DNA from: Phoronis australis
Lineage: Eukaryota; Animalia; Phoronida
DNA: 64,000 nucleotides
NCBI GenBank assembly: GCA_002633005.1
Contig: NMRA01000001.1
Location: forward strand, 3,824,102-3,888,101
Direction of reading: 5' to 3'
Each line of letters opens with the position of its first letter. Positions within the stretch are counted from its first letter, which is position 1. The notes below the pieces were generated by a model. The model was not told the origin of the DNA. It made no database searches and saw only the letters and a list, made by a program, of their open reading frames with translations. Position numbers and translations under genes: made by a program. Positions 12,001 through 22,768 of this stretch are shown here, one piece after another.

Positions 12001-15000
12001 AAGAATCACCTTTATATTTGCACAATCTTTTTGTCTTCGTTACCGTTGCTCGTGGTAATGATTCATTAGTGGATAGAGTCTGAATGATGAATACTGTTTG
12101 TTATCTCTGATCTACAGTGCAGAATACTAAAACTGTCCTCTAAGAAGTTCTGAACTGACTCGCATTTCATCCACTTAACCATTGAATTTACTTTACGTAA
12201 TTTGAAATAACTGATATGATTTTTTGAAGAACAAGGCTCATGTTGTATTGCAATTGAGCATCCTTTAAAGATATACTCTGAACCATTTTCTTCTTAACCA
12301 TTCGTTTTTATTTTACCTTAACGTTATCATTTTAGATTCAGGGTTATGCAGACAGCCTGTTACCCACAGTCCAGAAGGCGTTGTGTGACCCGCTGCCTCA
12401 AGTTCGTGAGGCTGCAGCCAAGACCTGGGACAACCTTCACAGTAACATTGGGCCCCGGGCCCTGGATGACGTAATACCAGTCCTGCTAGATCAGCTGGTA
12501 GGTTCACAGTGGTGGCTTGCTGAACAAAGTACTGCTTGGGCAATGTTTGGAAAGTCTAAACAGACGCAATGTTCACAGTTTTTGAGCAACATTAGATCTT
12601 GTCATATTTTTTGAAAATCATGTGCAACATGTTATTACCAAGAGTCATTACGTTTACTGTTGAAGGGAGAATATTTTTCAGAGTAATAATGCAAACACTC
12701 CCACAAAATTACAGCATGCGTGGTTCTAAATGGCTCTTGGAAGGTATAAAATTGCTAATCAAAATACCAAGACATTTTATAATAGTTGCTGTGCTTTTTA
12801 GTAAAAAATATAACTCAAACTAAGTTGTAACTGAAGAAGTAAGCAGAATAAAAGAGAAACAGAAAACAGGGCATTGAAAACCTCTAACAGTTACGAACGT
12901 GAAGACAAACTTTGTACTTCAGTCTGTAAGTACTGCCTTTACGAGACTGTACTGTTACCGTAAGCTAGTGCTGAATTAGTGCCATAGACTTGGGGTATGT
13001 TTGTACTGTCATTGTTGATATGTGTTGTAGAATGATGAAGATGAGGCAGAGTTTGGCTTGGATGGTTTGAAACAGATGATGGCTGTAAAGAGTAGAGTTG
13101 TTTTGCCTTATCTTGTGCCTCACGTGAGTAATGGATTCTTGTTTGTCTTGCTCTTCCACCAATTTATTATCCTTTAATGTTTGAATTCATTTTCATTTTG
13201 TATTCATTTTCATGTTTTGCAATTTGAGAAGAGATCTCTTGGTCAAAAGCATTTATTTGTCGGACGGTACGGGAAATCCTTTCTTGGCCTGCTCCATGTC
13301 CGTTGTGCTGGGCATAATCCTTGATGCTGTTTGCTCAAATTTCATTCAGCTTACATGAACACATGGACAAAACATGCAAGTGTGTGACATTAATTGTCAG
13401 TGATGATGTCTCCTTACTGTCTAATAAAGAAATTGTTATAGAAGTGATTTGAACGTTAATTGATATTTGAGATACTCCTATTCACTAAATACAGGGGTGA
13501 GTAAGGTGTGAAACAGGGTCATGTTTCGCTCGGTAGCAATTTCCTCCTTGAAGTTCTACATAACTTTTGGGCAGAAAACTCTTGACTACTAGTTAAGTGA
13601 GGCATTGTTGCTTTGTGGCTGCCACTCACAATATCCTGGAGGTATAGCAAGCACTAAATAGAATTACATTGTTTTGAAGAGGAGTTTGCTTGATCAAAAT
13701 ATTCGTTTGCTTTACTCTGGACTCTGTATATCGCTGTAGATTGTTTGAATGTCAGTGGTGAATACCACAAAACACACTTATTTGTAACTATAATGTAAGC
13801 GTATTTTGAACAGTTTGTGGCAGTCAAAAATGTTAGGGTTCAATAAGGCTGCATTTAGGTCCTAATTATGTGACATTAACTAGACAGTGCAAATGATGAA
13901 ACTTGCACCCTTACTCATGATGATGATCCAGTTTGACGATGCTGATGCACTGTTAAGTTAGCTTTGGCCTGAAATTGTCTTCTTTGTGGGAAATGGAGCA
14001 CGTGTTCATGGTATTCCCATTTGGAGATGGTGCATCATGCTTGTTACTTGCAGTTGACAGAACACCCTGTGAACACTAAGGCACTGTCACTACTGGCCTC
14101 AGTGGCTGGTGAGGCCCTGAACAAACATCTGGGCAGGATCCTGCCAGCACTGATGAAGGCATTGAAGGAGAGGATAGGTACAGAAGAGGAAGTGCAGGTG
14201 GGTACTGGACATGGTGGAGTGGGCTGGGGGTCATGGTGAAGGGCAGGGTAAAGACAGTCAGAGAAGGTGGGTGTAGGGCACGGTGGGAGGGGTGGGGGTC
14301 ATGGTGAAGGAGGGTTGAAGTTGTTGGAGGTAGCGGGTGCAGGGCACCATAAGAGGTGATGGGGTCATTGTGGAAGGGGAGGGGATCTTTTGTCTGAGCA
14401 GGTGGGTGTAGGAACGATGAGATGGGAAGACGTGTCAGAAACGAAAATTTCCGCTAGTCAAGTTTTCCTATTAATTTTGTGCCCATTGAAATTTTTTTCC
14501 ATTGCATTGAATTCTTGGTTTTCTGTGGTGTATGTTTTTTGTTTCTCACCAGAAGTGTTGAGGACATAGGCTTTTGTTTATACTAATGAGTATATATTTA
14601 GCTTTGAGATATATCAAGCAGGTGTTTACAATTGTAGGAGCTCTCCTACTGCCGAGCAGTGGTCCTGTCTGTGTCTGACGAGGCTGGCATACGCACAGTG
14701 ATGGAACAACTGCTTCAGGCTATTCACAGTGATGATGTAGGCATCCAGACCGCTGCCATCATCCTTCTGCATTCCTACTGCAGCCAGACACGCAGCGACA
14801 TGACGGACTACTTCCAGAGTCTGTTCCGTGGACTCATGTTCCTACTCACTCTTGACGAGGACAGGATAATCACGTCCACGTGGGAGTGTCTCGACGCCCT
14901 GGTTAAGAAGTTGGATGCTGTAGACAAGTTACAACACATTGGCAATCTTAGACAAGCACTGAAGTTTGCCATCAGTGATTATGGCCAAGCAGGGCCACTT

Positions 15001-18000
15001 CCAGGACTGTCCGTGCAGAAAAAGGTGTGCAACATATGGCCTTATATTATCATTCAATGGTTTGTAGGACCTCGTTTCACAAAGTGTGTTTAATTTTAAA
15101 ATTTTAATGCCCATTAAGGCCTATTTTTGTCAGGTGTTTTAAAACACATTGTGTAAATCCTGAGCACATTTTTGTAATGGGATTTTCATGTAAAGGAATT
15201 TCACGTCCTCCAACGCGGTGATTTTTCTGTACTGAAGTGCATTTGCACTGATTTTCACTTCTATGCACCCTTGGTATGCTGGGAGATTCCCAGTTATTCT
15301 TGTCATTTTTTTAAGAGCTCAGTGAATACTTTACCATGTGTAACATGGGGGCACATTGATGACACTGTCATCTGTGTTATTCCCTCATCAGCTGGAAAGC
15401 ACCTGTCAGTGGTCTTCTGTAACCAATATGCTTTCATTAAATGTGTCAGTCTCTTGATACCCCACCTTGTTCTGTTCCCCATTCCAGGGCATGACAGCCA
15501 TCCTGCCCATTTACCGGGAGGGTATTATCAATGTGTCAGTTTTTTGATACCCCACCTTGTTCTGTTCCTCATTCCAGGGCGTCATAGCCATCCTGCCCAA
15601 GTACCAGGAGGGTATTATCAATGTGTCATTCTCTTGATGCACCACCTTGTTCTGTTCCCCATTCTAGGGCATCACAGCCATCCTGCCCATTTATCGGGAG
15701 GGTATTATTAATGGTCCTCCAGAAGTGAAGGAGGCGGCCTCTCTTGGACTCAGTGAACTCATTCGTGTGACTACGCCTGTAGCCTTGAAGAGTTCTGTGG
15801 TCAACATCACCGGACCTCTCATCCGTATTCTTGGTGACCGCTACAGCTGGAATGTGAAGGTGGCTATTCTGGAGACGCTTGGACTACTATTGGGCAAGGT
15901 TGGTTACTTTCTGTCACATTCTCAGTACACAGGTCTTTCTTTTTTTTTTCTAAAATGGCAGCAGCCATTATAATATACAAAAGTTTTTTATTTTCCTTGC
16001 TTTTAAGAAGGCACGAAAATATATTTGCTTTTATTTTCGGTATGTGCATCTATGTAACACTGTTCCTACTATTATATTTTGCATGATTAGTTCTACTGAG
16101 AGTTTACCTCATTTTGAAACTACAAAATCTTGGCGTTGCTCAACCTGTCAAGCAGGTCTTAGAAAACTAGCAACAAAACTGCAGCAGTTTTCATTACATC
16201 CTGGATCTACTTTCCAAACAGAGGCTTGCATTGTGAATCTGAACATCAACAATCTGAACCTGTCGTGAGTGCTACAACTAATAGTAGATTCCAGTGTTTT
16301 CTGGAGAAATTCAATATGCAGAAGACATTATTTTATTATTCGGACTTTGAATCAGTGGTTGAGATGGTTCCCTGAGTGTGAAGAAAATGTGTTGACAGGT
16401 TACTATGTTCAGGATTAGTAGTTTGTGTGACTAAATATTCTGTGACAATGTTACGAAAAATTTTCAAACCTGCATTCAAAGACAAATAACAAACGCCCGC
16501 CTGCATCAATTTCATTTGGCGTCTCGTATTTTTTTATAAAGCTGTATAAAGACACATAAGCAATGTTAAGCAAGGTCTGAAATGCCATGATTTGGCAGGC
16601 GGTGACTAAAAAAATCCTGCATCACTTTTGCTGGATTTCTTTTTTAAAAAGTGAGCAACTACAAGTCCCACAGCACTGATTCGATTTTCAAAAAAACAGA
16701 CCATAAACAGCTTTTCAGTGTTTGAACAAACGTTATATCTTGGTAAAATTTCTTGCTTGTCATTAAATTTTCCTGCTAGGCTAATTTCTGCCACGGCTCT
16801 TTTACAGTGTGGAGTCATGCTGAAGCCATTTCTGCCTCAGCTACAGACCACTTTCCTTAAGGCGCTCAATGACTCGCATCGGTTGGTCAGGTTACGGTCT
16901 GGTGACGCTCTTGAGCAGCTGATCATCATTCATGTCAAGGTTGACCCCCTGTTCACTGACTTGCTCAATGGCGTAAAAACTGCAGAGGACACACCACTCA
17001 GGTCAGCATAGAGGTTTTGTGATGTGTCCGTCCGTCGGTGATTTTTGTCACTAATGCCGGCTTTTGGCGTGAACCTTACTTTTTATCCTTCTGTGTTTTT
17101 ATAGGTCGGCGTGTTATGCCATGGCAGTTGCATCGGTTTTCATTGGTAATTCTCATGGCTTGAAGAAATATCGTGTTATTGTGGGACTTAACTACCATGC
17201 AGCCAAAGGGATTTCTACTTCACTTGAACAAGTGCATAAGAAGTTACTCCTGTTCCCTCTACTTGGGTAGTGAAAGTATCTGACACTCCACCTGGTGGTA
17301 TCAAAAGTCAACAGTTCTTCGTGACCACTCTTTCAAAAATCCTAAAGGTAAAATCTCATTTGAGGAATATTTTTTTGACTTCAGGGACACGTATTTGCAA
17401 GCACTGAGAGGTTGCGTTACCAATGCAGGCCACAAGATGTCAGCGGGCGTACGCTCATCAGTTATTGCCAGTCTGCTCTCGTATCTGCATGAGGAGGAGG
17501 ACTCTACACGTAGTACAGCGGCTGGATGTGTGGGTTCTCTCTGCACGTTCCTACCAGACGAGGAACTCACTGATCTTGTGATTACTCACCTATTAGGTAG
17601 GCAGAGTAGTGGTGGTGTTAATATTTTTGTCTTGGTGCCATACATATTCTGAAGGATTCAGATCACTTGCTCCTCAAAGTGAGTTTGGTATTAGGTTGGA
17701 TAATTGTTATTTGATTATCACAGAAATGTCTATTGCATCATTTTTTAAGACAATCCAACTCCCTTCTCTTGACCCTTTCTTGTTCCGCCCATGCGTTATT
17801 AATGGTCCGGAAGTAATGTGCAGTTTGCACGGTTTCACAAAAATCTGTGTTTTGTATTTTTATTAGATCATACTACTGTTGTTCACCCTCGTGGCCACTT
17901 GTGAAGCTTGCGATACTTCAGCGTTGTCCCATGTCAGATATGAGCGTTTTGCATGACCCTTGTTAACTACTTTTAACGTATCAACTAGGTCACAAGGTCG

Positions 18001-20784
18001 TGGTCCTGATGCCACATTATGGGACCTCTTTAACTGCATCTGAGACCATGAATTGACTGAAATTTATGCTGTACCAAATAAATCATTATATTTTAGACTA
18101 AGGTTGTGCCAGTTTTATTCATGCCTTAATGTCTTTGTTTTAGCCTCAACTGGCTCTGATTGGAAGCTGTGTCATGGTCGAGCGATGGCCTTAGCAGTGG
18201 CTCTGAAACAATCTCCTGACAAAGTCGCCACACCTCAGTGGTATCAAGCTATCATCGAGGTGCTGAAAACATATGCAGCCTCTGACAGGGTATGTAATCT
18301 ATCCAGTTGTTTCACGTTGGATTGTAATTGTGTACAACACATGCCCAAAGTAATGGGACGAATTTCTGTCTCAGTGTCACTTTGATGGTGAATTCCCCTT
18401 GTGCGCAGGTGTCACAATGGAAATTTTGTTTGCATTCGACTGTCATGTTGGGGGTATTTCACGTCGTTTTGTCTGATTGTTGTTTGTGTTTATTGTACTT
18501 GTGTATATTGTGTATTTTGGGTATGGATATAAAAAATCCAGTACAACTTGTGGCGTAATAACGTACACTAAAAACAGTATGGACGCAGTGCTCAGAACAA
18601 AGCCTGGTTGGATGTAAGTGCTCATTTGGGTGTCTTGATTGCTTAATGGTCTTGAACGTGTGTACAATTGACAGGCCATCCCTGACTCAGACTTGTTATT
18701 TGTTGATCACTGCATGTTCTCAACAGGAGGCATGGTAACGTAATGAGTCTTGTATATTGTGATAAGAATAACAACTGCACTGTGAGGTATGACCTGTCTT
18801 GTGTTTAAATGGTAAACTGTAACAGTACAGGAAAGAGTTATCGCCGTGGCAAATGTAAAAGTGGCATCCTGATCTCTGTGCATCTTGGTGTAACAAGCAG
18901 TGACCCTTAGCTTGTTTTTTATCACAGGTACCGATCTGCATCAGTGGCCTGAAGAGTGCTGGATTCTTCCTCAAGTCACAGTTAGCCAGTGGTCAAGAAA
19001 TGGACATGACACTGGTTTCACTTCTGGCTAAGGTAACCACCAGGTGTAGTGAATGTTAGGAAGATTGCATTGGTTCATTGTGTTCTTTGGTGTGCCACTC
19101 AGTCGAAGTTCACTGGGGATGTCTTGTGTGTATGTGTGTGGGTGAGTTGGTTTGGGTGGGTGGGTGGGTGTTGTGTTTCATTGTAATTGATCTTGGGCTG
19201 TGATACTGAACACAATCATTTTTTCTTAGCGAGTCGCATGAAATATTGGATAGCTACAGGTGGAAAGCTGTATCTTTAGTCTTTCTTGGCTATACCAAGT
19301 GTCATCCATTGCAACATCTCTGAACAGACAGTACAAAGTGTCACAGGTTTTGTTTTTGTTACATCCAGCTAAGTGGTCAATATCACATTACTCTGCAACT
19401 GTTGAGTTGTTACACAGAACCAATTATGAACATTCATTTGACAGGCTCAGAAACATGACTCAAACGATGTAAAGTCGACTATGTCTCTGCTCATCACTAT
19501 GATCGCCAAAACAAAAGATGAACTTATTAACGCCGCAGTGTTGAAGTTGTGGATACCGGCGCTTATGAATGGAGCTAGTGAGAAAAATACAGTGGTGAAA
19601 ACAAACAGCGAGCTGGCACTGGTGGCGCTGCTGCATTTACGGAGTGGAGAAGCCATCTTTCAGGTATGATTGACAGCTTCATGGGAGTGACACAATTCAG
19701 TTGAACTGGGGCTTGTTTCTCAAAGAGACTATTGACCAACAAGCGAAAAGTCAGACATCTGTCTGCGAAACGCCAAAAGTTGATTTTTTTGCCTTTTGAG
19801 TTTCCGTATTGCTTTGTCTTCTGTCTAGTCAAATTGATTTCGTGTTATGCAAAAGCTTTCTGACTTTCTGTTCTTGTGAAACAGACTAAGCCATCCATAA
19901 ACTGATCTTTATACAAAAGAAATGGGCAGAATTGAGCCCCTGCTTGGTGTCTCTGTAACATCAACTCGATTTAAAAAAAAAAACAGACCAACCAATTATG
20001 CTTTTTGATGGTAGTGATTCGATAAAACTTCATCTCACAGGTTATTACCAGTAAAATCTCAGCGATTTATGACACGATATGGCCGAAAAGTAAAATTAAT
20101 TTTTTTCATAAAAGATAAGTAGCACCAATTGCATGCTATATATTTTCAATACGATGGTTCTGAGGAATTGTCGGCATTCGTAACATTGGTAGAAACTTTT
20201 GAAAAAGGAAAAAAGACCAGTTTTGGCAAATATTTTTTCCCTAATTGGTGAAATTTTACAATTATGATGGATAGTGAACAGCTTTCATTTTCTGGTGTAT
20301 TTCATCGCATTCGATTCTCGCCTGGAAAATTTTTCTTCTGTAGTTTTATTGTGCTGTGAGAGCATACCAACACATTGTGCTATCTGTGTTTTTGACAATT
20401 TAGTGATATTATATCTTAACCCCGATGATATTTGGTCGCCGTCGTCAAGCAGTAGGTTGGCGGCACACATACTGCTTACTATGGCTTGTAGAGTTGTATT
20501 GGGGCAAGCCTTAAGTGTCCGCTTTCTGGCATTTGGGATGTTGCAGAGGCTTTAAGGCACTTCCAAATCATAATTTTCAAGCGACTGGCCTTGAGATTAT
20601 ACCTTAACATTTTGTTGCAGTTCTGCTGTACATCTAGTTTTGTTCTCATTTCCAGGAAGCTTTAACTGCCTTGGAGCCAGGCATGAGAGACACGGTGATG
20701 GAGACTTATAACAAAACACTGAAAAAATTGGCATCAAAACCAGAGCCAAAGGACGATGAATTGGATGAAACCGTGTTAAAATAG
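1..20784 (+). CDS. GCN1: GCN1 (eIF2-alpha kinase GCN2 activator, HEAT-repeat protein), 3' part; 25 exons, 5' end outside window
   Basis: Exons joined by hand with GT-AG sites and consistent phases: 1-225, 1125-1252, 1601-1790, 2147-2386, 2901-3095, 3581-3827, 4486-4607, 5593-5887, 6798-7018, 7502-7709, 8279-8475, 9801-9990, 10253-10539, 11797-11961, 12336-12497, 13031-13123, 14054-14197, 14638-15024, 15668-15898, 16808-17001, 17385-17596, 18144-18289, 18928-19032, 19445-19663, 20656-20784 (TAG); 4932 nt, about 1643 aa. Recognisable GCN1 peptides: [112 protein letters not shown]. Confidence 0.97.
426..494 (+). ncRNA. box C/D snoRNA, unassigned family B, copy 1 (GCN1 intron)
   Basis: Terminal stem aagcgct/agcgctt; C box ATGATGA 434-440; ttgcacc + D' CTGA 451-454; guide agtttgacgatg + D box CTGA 484-487; three paralogs in other GCN1 introns. 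Confidence 0.85.
1316..1396 (+). ncRNA. SNORD61: box C/D snoRNA, SNORD61/U61-like, copy 1 (GCN1 intron)
   Basis: Stem gtgtctg/cagacac; C box ATGATGA 1324-1330; internal CTGA (D'); guide TCCTCTAAGAAGTT + D box CTGA 1385-1388, complementary to conserved 18S AACUUCUUAGAGG(G)A; same 3' end as vertebrate U61 as I recall it. Confidence 0.88.
3199..3299. repeat. ~100-bp dispersed repeat, copy 1
   Basis: acacagtggttcctagctgta...gtctacata...cagctagctggct matches the reverse complement of 36998-37100. Confidence 0.7.
5325..5398 (+). ncRNA. box C/D snoRNA, family B, copy 2 (GCN1 intron)
   Basis: 10-bp stem ccacagtgca/tgcactgtgg; C box ATGATGT; tttgcact + D' CTTA; C' GTGATGA; guide agtttgacgatt + D box CTGA 5385-5388. 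Confidence 0.87.
6184..6663. mobile_element. MITE / non-autonomous DNA transposon (hAT-like CAGGG termini)
   Basis: Perfect 13-bp TIR cagggcttggaat (6184-6196) / attccaagccctg (6651-6663); 6-bp direct repeat gttatt on both flanks (6178-6183, 6664-6669); CpG-rich interior unlike the host intron. Confidence 0.85.
9443..9512 (+). ncRNA. box C/D snoRNA, family B, copy 3 (GCN1 intron)
   Basis: Stem tcagtgca/tgcactga; C box ATGATGT; cttgcacc + D' CTTA; C' GTGATGA; guide gtttgacgatg + D box CTGA 9501-9504. Confidence 0.87.
11368..11447 (+). ncRNA. SNORD61: box C/D snoRNA, SNORD61/U61-like, copy 2 (GCN1 intron)
   Basis: Stem ctgtctg/cagacag; C box ATGATGA 11376-11382; guide TCCTCTAAGAAGTT + CTGA 11436-11439; clear paralog of 1316-1396. 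Confidence 0.88.
12076..12161 (+). ncRNA. SNORD61: box C/D snoRNA, SNORD61/U61-like, copy 3 (GCN1 intron)
   Basis: Stem gagtc/gactc; C box ATGATGA 12084-12090; guide TGTCCTCTAAGAAGTT + CTGA 12150-12153; middle region more diverged. Confidence 0.86.
13884..13953 (+). ncRNA. box C/D snoRNA, family B, copy 4 (GCN1 intron)
   Basis: Stem acagtgca/tgcactgt; C box ATGATGA 13893-13899; cttgcacc + D' CTTA; C' ATGATGA; guide agtttgacgatg + CTGA 13942-13945; ends 100 nt upstream of the 3' splice site. Confidence 0.88.
14196..14430 (+). repeat. G-rich degenerate tandem repeat (~65-70 bp unit, ~3.5 copies) starting at a GCN1 splice donor
   Basis: Recurrent aggtgggt...ggggtcatggtgaagg units. Confidence 0.7.
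15441..15710 (+). repeat. 90-bp tandem triplication spanning a GCN1 3' splice site and the exon start
   Basis: Units 15441-15530, 15531-15620 and 15621-15710, each atgtgtca...ccttgttctgttcc.cattc[c/t]ag|ggc...ggagggtattat; only the third continues into the full exon. Confidence 0.95.
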
Positions 20785-22514
20785 CATCTGATGAGAGTGC
20801 CTTGAAATATGGTTTGGTGGAAATTTGTATCGCCCAAGATTGTGCAAAAAGGAGGCGGAATGCTGTGGCATGTTTAAAGCGGCAATAAACCTGCCTTCCA
20901 TCACGAGAAACAACTTTTGATTTAGACTATACGTACTATTATAAAATTGGCTTCAAATTGTTCCTTTAGTTAGTCAAAATAGGAGCCTTGGAATGAACTG
21001 ACAATTGATTAGTGCTTGAGACCAGGCTCTAGAATTAGACTTTTCATGCCATCATTTTATTAAGGTGGCATTTTCAATAGAGATAATGAACTGTTCATTC
21101 TCAGCATGACAAAAAAGCCACTTTTCATTTGAGTAAGGGACAAGTTGAGACCAATTTTAAGTGGCAAGTGGCCTAAATCAAGTTAGTTCCTTTGATGAAA
21201 TGTGTTTTTGTAGTCACTTGAACTAAGAGCTCATGGTGTGACTACTTACCACGAAGTAGTGCGTTATTGTGAATTGAAATGACTGTTTTACACATCTGTG
21301 TTCTGTTGGAACTTATTCGTTGGTACTAAGGTTTATCGCAAATTTCCGGTTTACCCATTTCACAAACTCATGCCTGGGTGCAGACGTGTCTCGCTGACCG
21401 TCTGACGCAATGCTTATCTCACAAATCATGGCTTATGCACCAAAAAAATCAGTTCAGTCACTCTTGTTTGTACTCACAGGTACAGTGCACAAACTGCAGG
21501 TCATGTTATGTCTTGGGCAGTCATTTGTTCTGCGTTTAGAGTTGGTATCTTTATTTTTGGGTGCACTAGCCTCATTTTGCAAGGTTAACGGGCTTGGTGG
21601 TCACTGAAATGTGCAAGTTGTTTAACCAAGTTCAGTGGGTCGGTGAACTATGTTCATACGTGCTGTTGCTACATTGTTTCCACTCCTTGGTCGTGGTTTT
21701 AAATATTAGCTTCGCTCAAGACGAGATTTTAAATCGAACATGAGAACTTGTGTAGAAGTGATTTCACTTTTAGGTAAATTAAGCTGAAGTTGTATGCGAC
21801 TGTACTTTGTATTATTTGGTGCTCTTAACTTAACATAATTGTATGAAGTGAACATTAAATGCTGTACAATACAAGTTGAGCCGTCATGTCTTTTTGTGTC
21901 TTCAGGCAAAATTTGCACATTCTGATCCTATTTTTGAACTGCCTATTTTGTTCTGTTCAAGACGAGAGTGGGTTGTTGTTGCAAACATTTTGTTGGCCAT
22001 GGAGTTACATGCAGGATTTTATGGTACAATTACGGGTGCTGTTCGCTTTTGAGCTCAAGATGTGAACATCATAACCTTAGGTCCGACAGACACAAATTGG
22101 AAAAGTACATGATTTTTGAAAATGCTTGAATTTGAAACTGATCTTGAAAACCATTTAAATATTACACTGTACTTCAATTCTAAAGTTAGTTGCTTTTTGA
22201 ACGTTATTGTTTCACTGTCCCCATAAAATCTTAATTATTCCACTCTCGCAAGTAGCCAAGTTTTTCCTGATATTAATCACTCAAGGTAGTCACTCTTTGC
22301 CCCTCATGAAATGCAGTTTTCATTAACAACATCTTTGATCTATTTCCCTTGTGAATTGTGTCCGGGTTTCCACTTCCAGAAATTTCCTAATGAGCATCGA
22401 GGAAATCGCACAATAATTTTTTTATTACACAAGACTTGTTTCCCACTGAAAACACGAGTTCAACAGGAATTCAGACATGACCAGCAATACGGCTTAAAAA
22501 TGAATATCATTAAT

Positions 22515-22768
22515 CACACATACCATAGATACCTTGAGCTGTATAGACATATTTATCAATTCAATATGCAGAACCAAATCACACATACCTTAGATACCTT
22601 GAGCTGTATAGACATATATCAATTCAATATGCAGAACCAAATCACACATACCATAGATACCTTGAGCTGTATAGACACATATCAATTCAATATGCAGAAC
22701 CAAATCACACATACGATAGATACCTTGAGCTGTATAGACATATATCAATTCAATATGCAGAACCAAAT
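22515..22768. repeat. 63-bp minisatellite, 4 copies
   Basis: cacacataccatagataccttgagctgtatagacatatatcaattcaatatgcagaaccaaat, with units starting at 22515, 22580, 22643 and 22706. Confidence 0.95.

Noticed and set aside
13398-13470. Additional C/D snoRNA (GTGATGA at ~13400; also ATGATGA at ~11469)
   Set aside because: No properly placed D box with a terminal stem and no paralog.
15271-15711. 146-aa ORF with three 30-aa repeats
   Set aside because: An off-frame reading of the 90-bp triplication; the conserved GCN1 frame is different.
17880-18020. Possible H/ACA snoRNA in a late GCN1 intron
   Set aside because: Only partial hairpins and an ACA; a two-hairpin fold cannot be supported by eye.
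19720-20606. DNA transposon in the last GCN1 intron
   Set aside because: Composition looks TE-derived, but I could not identify TIRs, a TSD or a second copy.
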